Positions 53,432 through 64,000 of a DNA stretch of 64,000 bases are shown one piece after another (the stretch's first letter is position 1; each line of letters opens with the position of its first letter). Made by a program: the position numbers and the translations under genes. This DNA comes from Tricharina praecox (lineage: Eukaryota). The stretch lies in contig NW_026250438.1 of assembly GCF_024521635.1 (NCBI RefSeq), positions 186,001 through 250,000 of the forward strand. Reading direction: 5' to 3'. A model generated the notes under the pieces. The model had not been told where the DNA came from. It searched no databases and saw only the letters and a list, made by a program, of their open reading frames with translations.

Positions 53432-55692
53432 CGCCTCAGTGGGCGAAGGCTTTCGATGGATTGGACAGCTCAGAGTAGGCTTGGGGGGTGTGTGTGTGTG
53501 TTTGAGATTGTTGGAGAGTTTTTTTTTGGGGCGTTTGATTCGATTTACCAGTATCTACCTAGTCGAGGAGGTATGGGCGCTCGATTATGTGTGGAAAGCT
53601 CGGTGATGTGTATTGGACGGGCACTCTAGAGTTAGAAGCGGGCGAGACAAGCGTAAGTGACTGTTCGTGTGTCTGTCGGTGATTCCTCAAGATTCAGAGG
53701 ACGAGGCGAATATTCGTCTGCAGTCGCGACTTGTGTCGCCTGTCGGACCTTCTATGTAAAGTATGCTGTATGCTGCCTGCTCTGTGACCAGGGAACTGGC
53801 GTCGATGCGGCATGCGAGCAGGGAAGTTCGGTGGGGTGGCTAGGCTGCAAATTGCTGCGACTTGGGGGGATCATGAGGGAATGCAGAGACAGGGGAAGGT
53901 CGAAGGGGGGAGGGGAGGGTGCGTTCTAAGCGCAATGCGGTGTGGCGTTGCGCGACGACTGAGAGCGATCGGACAAAACAAAGACGTGATGCCGGGGCAG
54001 GGTATGACGTAGAAATAGAGATGCTGTGGAGAGGAGGAGATTCTGCACAACAGGTATGTGGGATTGATGTAGGCCGTGTTTCGTCAGGAGCATATATAGT
54101 AGGTACCGTAGGTAGGTCGTGAAGAATATGGGAGCATGGTCGGGTATGTACCAACTGTAAGGATTCCTGCGTGCCGCATTCATGCCAAACCTCTCGGGTC
54201 TTGGGGAGGTGTTGGAGCAGAGTCACACGAACAGTATCGTCAGCCAAGGTGCTCTGCATGTGTATGCGCGTGCGGTCACTCAGCCCCGCAGCAGCAGCAG
54301 CATCGCAGCAATTGACGTCCCGAAGCCATCAGCTGGTTGTGCGGAATACGGTGTTGGCGGTGGCTGGCAACATTGATCGAAGGAAGACTCCGAAGGGCAA
54401 AGGCCGGGTGACATCTGGCCTTCGTATCCGTTCAGAACGACAGAGTCAAGCTGAGGCCCGGACACACCGTGACCTTCCAAGTTCCCACTGTCTTGCTGTC
54501 ATGCAAAAGCCTGCGATTGCCCTGATCGGTCCGGGGTTCTGTTCCGCACTTCCCCCGCTGCTACGAGGCTCGTACCAGCCTCCAGTGCGCTGTTCTTCCT
54601 GTGCTTCCTGCCGGGCTATGGACTCTCCGTGTCCTCGCTGCGCCTTCCTTGCCGGAGACTTGGCGCAATCCCGGAACTGCAGGTCCAGTCACAGTCTCGC
54701 TCTCGCATCCAGCTGGTTCAAGACTCGCCAGCTCGAGAAGCCGACTTGGTGACACCTGCTGGATTGTTCGGCTTGCGCGGACGGCAACGGTATGATTTCT
54801 ACTCTACAAGATTCCGCATCTCACGAAGAGTCTAGTACTACCGTAGTACTCGATGCTCATTGCTTACTTAATTGCCAGTCAAGCCACAAGTCTCGATGCC
54901 AATTGCATTATCACAACCGAGCTCTCTCCAGATCGTCCCCAGGCAGGCGCGCGGTTGCTTCATCCTGTCTTGTTTCACAAACCCCCTCCGATCCGTGCCC
55001 CAAGATTCGTCCCCGGATCCCATCCCATCGAACCAGCGCGGTCATCGATATCTCCTCATCTCTAGGGCTCACCAACTTCGCTCGCTCGCGAGACGAGACA
55101 AGATTTCGCAGGGATCACTAGTGCTCCAGATCCGCGAGCACAAACGTTACCGTACCGTACCCTAGACGGAGCCGCGTCTTCCTAGACCGCCCGGATCCAG
55201 GCGTGCAGTACATACGGTAGGCAGAAAGAATGAACGAAGCTTCTTCACCAGCTGGACGGGCCCGTCGCCGGCGACTGGCTGCGGGCACCGAGAATTCTAG
55301 TGTGCGTTGCCGTCGATGCTCAGCCACACCAGTGCCCTATGTTTGTCCAGCGCTCCAAATCTTCTAGCCACTTGCAACGACCGCCGCTGTTTGTTGTGGC
55401 CACTACCCACTCCACTGGCCGGTTTTCGTGCCTGGTTGCCCGGCACGTCGTGGACTTTTTGCCTTCGCGCTCGCTAGCGCTTGTTACGTAGGATGAGAAG
55501 AAGAGCACATGCAGATCCTGAGCAGAGTAGAGTAGAGTGGGTACTACATAAACTTGGAAGAGCTGCCCCTCGGCCAAACATTTGCCCCGCCAAAGTTTTA
55601 CGTACCTCCATACATCCATCGCGCCCACCAACCTACCTTACAGAACCCGAACTCACGTCCTCGCATCCCCCCCAAGACAGACAAGAGAAACC

Positions 55693-56899
55693 ATGAGGCT
55701 ATTCCTGATCCCGATCTCGGCGCGGCGAACCCTCATCTACGGACAGCGCCTGAACAAGATTACGCATGCGCAGCCGTCGCTGGCGGATAAAGCGTCTACG
55801 TGAGTCTCGAGTCTTGGTCCTGCGCGCTTTGAGTCCGGTCGCCGTCTACCTACATGTGCCTGACTCAATGCACTTCTTCTGACCCAGCCGCGCCTCACAG
55901 TTGTGGCTGAAATGGGTACGGCATTCTTTTTCCCTGGAGTGCGGATGGAGTATCGACGTGGGAGTTGCGCCGGAGCTGATGCGTGCGTGCTTGCGTCATA
56001 TCTAGGAGTCTGCAGAAAAAGGCTGGCAGAAACGGGTGACAGAATACGGGAACAAACTTTTCAACCGGATACCGTTCGAAGAATGGTAACTATATCCCCC
56101 ACCCATCCCGCGCACCCTCCCCTGGGCTGACCGTGTGTGTATCTAGGGGTCTCAAATCGATCCCCCCGCTCTCCGCGCGGCGCCAGGCCGACGAAATCGC
56201 CGGGGCCAAGATCGAAGTGGTGTACCCACCTAGCATAATCTCTTCCTCCTCGGTAGCGGGGCTTCTATCGCGCCTCTCAACCGAGCGTAACGCGGTGCAC
56301 CGCAAGCGGCTGATCTGGTCTTTAATCGGCATGCCGATTTCCGCACCCTTCGCACTCGTCCCCGTGATCCCGAACCTGCCGTTTTTCTACTTAGCGTACC
56401 GCGCCTTCTCGCACTGGAAGGCGCTCGAGGGCGCGAAACACCTCGGCTTCCTGGCGGCGAATGGGATGTTCCAACCTGTGCCCAGCGCCGCGCTCGACGA
56501 GGTGTATACAAGGCATAGGAAAGCCGTCACCATCGATGCGAGGGCACTAAAGGCAATGACGAGCGTCGAGTGGACTACTACCGATGCCGCGGAGGTAATT
56601 AAGAAGGCCAGGAAACAGGGTCCGCCCGTGGCTGAGGAGGAGGATGTGCTCTTGCTCCGAGAGCAGGATGCGCAGGATGTTAGTCGCATACTCTACATAC
56701 CCCCCCGTGGTCCTGGAAGATTGATTTGGTGCTGATGCTGCGACAGATCGCACAGGTCGTTGATGTGCCCGCGTTGGTGGTGGAGTGCGAGCGCGCGTGT
56801 CGACAGGTCGCTGCGCAGATGCAGCTTCAGGCGGAACAGGAATCCCAGACAATACGTGTGGACAAGGCAAATGAGTCGGCGGAGAAGAAAAAATTATAG
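55693..56899 (+). CDS. Mitochondrial K+/H+ exchange-related protein (Mrx19/YDL183C family)
   Basis: MRLFLIPISARRTLIY, RIPFEEW|GLKSIPPLS, PFALVPVIPNLPFFYLAYRAFSHWKALEGAKHL, VECERACRQV. Confidence 0.85.
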
Positions 56900-57199
56900 A
56901 TGGGCGGAAGACGATAGACGGGATCAGCTAATCTCATCTCTTTGTGTGTGTATGATAGGATACGATAGGATACGATATGTATGGTAGGTAGTCACGTGCA
57001 ATGGGGTTTTGGTTGCGAGTGATACGAATGGGACAGGGCAACGATGTACAGGTGGATGAATGGGATGGATGAACGGCTGGCTTTCTGGCTGGCTGGATGG
57101 ATGAATGGATACTGGCGTTAGAGACAAGACTTTTGTTACATGCATTATAAAAATAAAAATTTACTTTCCCTCACCTCCCTCCCTCGTCCCGCGTCTCTC

Positions 57200-57826
57200 C
57201 TACAAAGAAACCAACCAAACCGACACCACCGCCGTCAGCGCCAGGACGGCATAGCCCGTACGATAGACATCCCTAATATCCAGCAGCCTCGCCATATCCC
57301 AGGCGAGATGCCTGAGGGAATTCAGCGAGTGATAGGTGAACGGCAACGCAACCGCCACTTTCCCCGCGACTTTCACCGCCCAAGGCAGCGCCGCAACCGA
57401 CGAGGCCAGGCTGGCAACGTCGAATCCAGGCACCCCGAGACCGTACCCGATGAAGTAGCCGTAGATCAGACCGGATAAAGCCACGCCCGTGATACGGTTT
57501 GCCGCTGAACCGTACCATGTCAGCTGCGGCTGGTAGATGCTTAGGTGTGGTGACAATGGCCGCGAGAGGCGCTGCGAGACTAGCAGCTCGTGCGCGGCTG
57601 AGGTGGTCGTGGGGATCGTGCCCGCTGGTGTGGGGGGGGGAGGGGCGGCGGGGGCGGCGGTTGAGGTGGTCGCGGCGGCGTGAGTGGTCGCGGCGCGGAT
57701 GCGGGGGAGGCCAATGGAGCGGCTGCGGATGGGGATGGCTGGAGGTGGATGTGTTAGCAGCTGTGATTGTTTAAGGTCTTGAGTGGGGTGCTAGGTACTC
57801 TGCCGGAGGAGGAAACGGGTGGTCAT
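57200..57826 (-). CDS. SDH3: Succinate dehydrogenase cytochrome b560 subunit (SdhC)
   Basis: QRLSRPLSPHLSIYQPQLTW, NRITG, YHSLNSLRHLAWD; Arg-rich presequence MTTRFLLRQ with one inferred intron. Confidence 0.9.
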
Positions 57827-58455
57827 TTTGGTTTATCTTTTTCTGGTTAAGTGCGGTGTGGTGTTCGGTCGATGTGTATAGTGAAACGGGCTGGATAGAA
57901 CTGTCGTGGAGGAGACGAGAGGATGTGCAGTGGAGCAGTGGGGATAAAGCTTCTTTGGTGATGTAATGGGGGCTTATTGCATCTGGCACTGGTGACTGAC
58001 TGGTCAGTGCACGGGACGAGTGACATGTGGATGTGGCTGGTTCAGGGCGGAATTCAAACGGATTAAGCTCCTGCTGGACGACTGCCTCCCACTGTCCAGG
58101 ACCTTAAAAATCCTGGAGCCACTCTGTTCCTCTCCGCATTGAGCTGTAAGTTATTAAGCTTGTGAGCTCCAGGTGGTCCGAACACTATTACCATTGACTG
58201 CCCTTCCCATAGCAGCAGCCTGCAGCTTGCAGCTTGCAGCCGGGCCCGCTCGTAGCTCTAGGACACTCGTTACCTTAAGATTATTGTAGTAGCTTCCTAG
58301 TACTATTACATCTCTCTCACACTGCCCCTCATTCGTATCCACAGCTCAATCTCCATTCCTTTATCCAAGCATTTTTGGCTACCCTATCAGCTCACACGCA
58401 CGTATCCTACCGGCCTCCTCGACTGGCCATAACCACCTACCGTATCACCAGCTCA

Positions 58456-60970
58456 ATGAGCAGCAAACCCTCGGAACCAGCCGTTGGAGTAGGGGGACGG
58501 CGTACGGGGGCCCCATTACTTCCGGGCCGACGCCCATGGCGCCACCGCCGCCTGGACCAGGACGCGGCCACCGTGGCCGCGATACTGTACTCATCGGGCA
58601 GCAAGCGCACCAACTACGTTCCCGTCGTCCCCTCGCCGCTGAGGGCGGGTGCCGACGGCGCGGTCAGCAGTGAGGGGAGCGACGATAGCTCGGAGCCGCC
58701 GCTGGAGCCACCGCTGGTGCCTCGGCGGAGCATAAGGAGCCTGAAGATCCGGGTTGTGGGGCGGCCGGGACCGGGGCTGGTCGAGGACGGGGAGGGCTCG
58801 CTGGCGGGCTCGGAGCCGTCGTCGCCGCGGAATACCCTCAGGAGGCCGTCGCCCGCTGTCTCCCTGCAGAGTGTGGGCAGGGATTTCTCGAGGTATCCGT
58901 CCAGGCAGCCGTCCGGGACATTGGTCGACTTGGCTACGCCTTCGTCGTTGTCGTCGTGGACGCCGGGTGGGCTGCACGTCAATGGGGATGTGAGGCAGCT
59001 CGGCCACGGGTTCGATACGAGTGATCCCGAGCGGGGGTACTCGCCCTACTTGCAACGACAGGGCCCGCCGGTACAGTACCCTTCCATCGATGAGAAGGAG
59101 GATGACGATAGCTTGCATAATCCGGACGGGGAGGATGATAGACACCTCGGCCTGAAGGAGTGTTTTGCTCATTGCAGCTGGAGGTTTCTGCTCACTTTTA
59201 TGTGCTTCATCTTGCTCATGATCGGACCAGCGGTGTTGTTTATTGTCTGGCCAATCGTCACTTATGGGCACCTTGGGAGAGATAATTCGGATAGGGAAGG
59301 CGAGGAGATATCGAAACACAAGCATCCGATATTAGGTGCCGTGAGGACCTCGTTGATCGATCCGGACACCCCCAAGTACGCCATGACACGGGACTCTGTC
59401 CTGGGCCAAGGCAAGCTCAAACTCGTCTTCAGCGACGAATTCAACCAGGACGGCCGCACATTCTACGAAGGCGACGACCAATTCTGGCAAGCGGCCGACT
59501 TCCACTACGCTGCAACAAACGACCTGGAATGGTACGACCCGGACGCCATAACGACGGCCAACGGGACCCTGCAGATCAAAATGCAGGCCATTCCCAACCA
59601 CAATTTGGATTACCGTTCCGGAATGTTGCAGAGCTGGAACAAGATGTGCTTCAAGGGCGGAGTAATGGAGGTCTCGGCATCTCTTGCGGGACCTGCCGGT
59701 GTGCCCGGACTGTGGCCGGGGATTTGGACGCTGGGGAACCTTGCACGCCCCGGCTACCGTGCGACGAGTGATGGCGTCTGGCCTTATTCTTACGATCAGT
59801 GCGATGCTGGAATCACGCCGAATCAGTCGAGCGCGGATGGTTTGTCGTTCCTGCCGGGACAGCGACTCGCGAAATGTGTGTGTACCGGTGAGGACCATCC
59901 TACGCCAGGAAGGGGGAGAGGTGCGCCGGAGATAGATGCCTTGGAGGGAGCGGCGGAGTATGATATGCGGGTCGGCGTCGTTACCCAGTCCAGTCAGGTG
60001 GTCGGTATCCTACTTACCAGCTATGCACGTGTGGGATAGTGCTTACGGTCAGTCAGTAGGCTCCATTCGATATTTGGTACCGAGTCGACCATAACTTCCT
60101 TGCCATACGGGATACCAAGATCACTCAGTTGAACGGATGGCGAGGTGGCCCGTACCAGCAGGCTATAAGTGGTGGGCAAGCTTTCATCCATCTCTTGTGA
60201 AGTCGATCCTCACAATCAGCAGGTGTCACAATGCTCAACAACGACTGGTACGATGAGGTCCAGGTAAGACGGTCCATCCTACCTATCTCGGACGTACAGA
60301 TTGACAAGTAGTACTAGTATCAAAAGTATGCATTCGAGTACATCCCCGGACAAGAAGATGGAGCCATTGCATGGTTTGTTGGTGACGATGAGACATTCCG
60401 CATGTCAGGTAGCTATTGCTTCCTTCCACGAGCATCCAAATACTGAGGTGAATGGGGGAAAAAAGGCAAAGCAACGGGGCCTAACGGAAACATCGGGCAG
60501 CGGGACATCTCTCGCGAGCCGATGTCAATAATATTGAATCTTGGGATGAGCTCGTCGTGGACTTGGATCGACTGGGCCACGCTTGGGTGAGAATCGACGG
60601 AGCCAATCCGAGAGATTTTTTTATAGGCGCTGACGATGGCAGACCGAGACTGGCCGAAGGAACGACGATGTATATTGACTACGTTCGCATCTACCAGAAG
60701 GAAGGAGAAGAGTCTATTACTTGCGATCCACGTAATTCTCTGCGGCTACATAGTTGACGAACATTGCTGACTGACGGAATACAGCTGGGTATGCTACGAC
60801 TTCTTATATCAGGAAGCACCCGAAAGCGTATCAAAATTCCAACCTCACCGTAAGTTGTCGTCTGATTTCCGAATGGCCCGTTTCTTGGCCCAAGGCTCAC
60901 GAATCGATAGACTTGGGATGATACGGGATACCCGTGGCCAAAGAACGAGCTCATGCACGGGTGTGAGTGA
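58456..60970 (+). CDS. KRE6: Kre6/Skn1 beta-1,6-glucan synthesis-associated GH16 type II membrane protein
   Basis: Single TM helix, LIDPDTP, LVFSDEF, DLEWYDPD, YRSGMLQSWNKMCF, GLWPG, GRGAPEIDALE, YIDYVRIYQ, WPKNELMHGC. Confidence 0.93.
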
Positions 60971-61766
60971 TTATTAATTGTTACTTGGGAGTCTGGCGCC
61001 AAAAAACTGGGGTTTTGTACCGAGGGATGGAGGGAGTCTGGAGTCATACGTTGCGATTGGCGGCGACTGTCTTGTGAGGTTAGGAGCAGTAGTTTCGGGC
61101 CATAATTTTGTATTCCACATGCACCTGTTTTTAGCAATTGAAGGCAATGGCAATATCTTCTGTGGCTAGTTAATTAAGGAAAGGGAGATCTGGTTTTGTT
61201 CTTTTTCCCGGAGTCCAGGCGATTGAGCTGCATCGAGATCAAGGCCATGGTACCGGGGAGATTCTCCACGGTCCACGGAGCAAAGCCACCCATGGTACTG
61301 GGCCAATATCAAAGCTTCTCCATTGTGCCACACCGCAAGCATCGACGACTCAGCGCTCCACGAACACGCCCGACGACTCTACCATATGCGCATCATAGCC
61401 GGCGACTCTCCGCAGAGCCACGGTGGGCTTCATGGACTAACCCTGATGAGTATCGTGCACGTCACACCAGATCCCGCAACCCTGACCGTCGTACCGGTCC
61501 CACCACAGCCCACCGGCAGATCTAGACCCAAGGTCACAGCCCGCCCCCCCTTCCACCATACTGCATACGGTTAGACAGTAGTTCCATCACTCCCAAGCGG
61601 TTTTATCCACGGTCACTACGGATGGCGGCGCGTCTTCCCACACAACTGTAAGCACCTCCCTTTCTCGCCCTCTATTTACGCGTTTCCTCCTCCATTGCTT
61701 GCTTCCGCGCTTCCTCGCGAACCGAGAACTATACCTGACGCACTACCTGGCGTACAAAGCACTACA

Positions 61767-64000
61767 ATGAGTGAAACTACTTCGAGCTTTGGCGACGGCG
61801 ACGGCGTCGAGACTCCTGCTTCCACCGTCTCGGGCACGGGAATCGAAGGACTCTCAATTGCACCTAAGGACGACGAAAAGAACGAAGCCAAGGTTGTCGG
61901 GGAAGACAACAAGCCCATCTCTGATCGTAAGTCCTTCCTCCGTGTGTGTATGTGCGCCCGTGATATATATTTTTAGGAGAGATCTGATTGGTGTGGTGGT
62001 GCAATTAGAGAACGAGTCGCACACTGCTGTCGAGTTCCTAATGAAGCAGAGCTCCATCTATGTTTCCATAATATCCGAGCAGTTGAAGAGGTATCGGGCA
62101 AAGGAGCTTGCCAAGGGGGGGGAGCCGCAGACCTCGACCTCGACCTCGACGGCTGCTACCACCACCAACGGAAAGGGAAATAAGAAGACCAAGGGTAAGG
62201 GTAAGGCCAAGGCCAAGAAGGGAGGAGCGAAGAATGCTACCATCGATTCGTTTTTCGGGAATACAGCTGGGCCTGTCGGCGCGGCCGCCACATCGGCGGC
62301 GCTGGCGGCTGCGGCATCAGATAACGACGGTGAGAAGTTGGGACAACATAAGGAGTTGAGGTCCGCTCGGCAGCCGAAGTTGATCACTGGCGGGATCATG
62401 AAGGACTATCAGCTTGAAGGTCTGGAGTGGCTGATCACTTTGTACGAGAACGGTCTCAACGGTATCCTTGCGGACGAGATGGGCCTCGGAAAAACGCTCC
62501 AGACAATCAGCTTCCTCGCGTTCCTGAGGGAAAAGGGGATCAAGGGTCCATTTCTGGTGGTCGGACCGGTTAGCGTTCTTTCCTCCTGGGTCGACGAGAT
62601 CGCTAGATGGGCGCCGGACATGCCAGCTGTGAGTACTCCCTCTTCGTTAACTCAATTCCGCGTTGGTGGTGGAGGCTGATTGTGAGATTTCTAGCTGCTC
62701 TACCATGGCAACCCGAAGGAACGTGCGGAGCTTCGCCGCACCCATATGAGCAAGAACCTGATCGCCTCCGGAGAGTTCCCGATCATCTGTACGAATTATG
62801 AGATGATCATCCGTGACAAACCCGTCCTCAGCCAGTACCAGTGGAAGTACGTCATTATCGACGAGGGGCACAGACTCAAGAACATGAACTGCAAGCTCGT
62901 GAAGGAGCTCAAGACGTATACATCCTCGAACCGTCTTCTCCTAACGGGTACACCTCTACAGAATAACCTCTTAGAGCTCTGGTCCTTGCTCAATTTTCTC
63001 ATCCCCGAAATCTTTGATGATTTCTCTCACTTCGAGAATTACTTTGATTTTAGCAAAATCCAAGATAAGGACAAAGCCGCGCATGCGGCGTTCATGAAGG
63101 AAAACGAAGAGACGAACCTAGTTGGCTCGTTACATGCGCTTCTCAAGCCCTTTCTCCTGAGGAGGGTGAAAACGGATGTGGAAACGGATCTGCCGCCGAA
63201 GAAGGAGTACATCTTGTACGCGCCGCTGTCTCCGTTGCAGAAGGGCCTCTACGGAGCGTTGTTGGAGCATAGAGCCGTCGAATTTTTGACGGACCTAATC
63301 CTCAACAAGGACAAAGTCACCTACGACTCGTCTACCAAGAAGCGCAAACTTGTCGAAGGCCAAAACGGATCTACCCCCAAGAAGACCAAGACGGAGTCCT
63401 CGGTCCTTGTGGAGGGAAAGCGTACGCGCAAGGCCGTTTGTTATCGAGAGGACGTACCGTTCAGCGAATGGTATACCGCATTCGAGAAAGAGGGTAATGC
63501 TTCTACTGAAGAGGATGAAGTGGTTCCGGAGATGTCTGAGCATCAGAAGGCCGTTATGACTTCCCGTAAGTGATCCCCTTCTCACCCTTATTTCTAGGTC
63601 TTCCCATCTGACGATCGAGTAGTCCGCGAGGTTGGGAATAAGAAGTTGCAGAACATGATCATGCAGCTTCGTTTGGTGTGCAACACGCCCCACCACTTCT
63701 TCTGGCCCTTCCATGATAAGCCAGTCCCGGACAAAACCTTGGTCACTTCCAGCGGGAAGATGATGCTCCTGGAGCGTCTGGTTCCCGCTCTCATTGAGCG
63801 CGGGCATAAGATCCTCATATTCAGCCAATTCAAGGCCATGCTCGATATCATTCATGATTGGGCTGAGCTTTTACATGGTTGGGAAGTGTGTCGTCTCGAT
63901 GGTGCGGTTGCGCAGGTGGACCGCCGTGCCGCCATTAAACGCTTCAATACTGCAGAATCAGCCAAGTTGTTCCTGTTGACGACCCGTGCCGGTGGTCTCG
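61767..64000 (+). CDS. IRC5: SNF2-family helicase of the LSH/HELLS/DDM1/Irc5 subfamily, 3'-truncated
   Basis: [86 protein letters not shown]. Confidence 0.88.

Overview
Gene-dense eukaryotic DNA from a filamentous ascomycete (short GT-AG introns with CTRAC branch points; Pezizomycotina-type proteins). About 16 housekeeping genes can be reconstructed: a partial RRN5-like gene, glycogen phosphorylase GPH1, a group III G-alpha, an Emp46/47-like membrane protein, SNF8, a ZUFSP/Mug105 deubiquitinase, a PTEN-like phosphatase, RSC8/SWI3, SNU13, SEC23, CUL1, SRF1, an Mrx19/YDL183C-like protein, SDH3, KRE6/SKN1 and a partial LSH/Irc5 helicase. The intergenic regions hold several transposon families. 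These include a Tc1-type DD34E transposase with an open frame but a decayed end, two TA-flanked hairpin MITEs, a 2.6-kb foldback-like element with an 8-bp target-site duplication, older inverted-repeat relics, and three dispersed copies of a retroposon-like 3' tail. The most unusual items are (i) an apparently intact Emp47/ERGIC-53-like gene that lacks the lectin domain, (ii) the candidate domesticated Tc1 transposase and (iii) the modular foldback element. No tRNA, rRNA or CRISPR array was recognised. Exon boundaries were inferred by eye, and family assignments come from motif recognition, not database searches.
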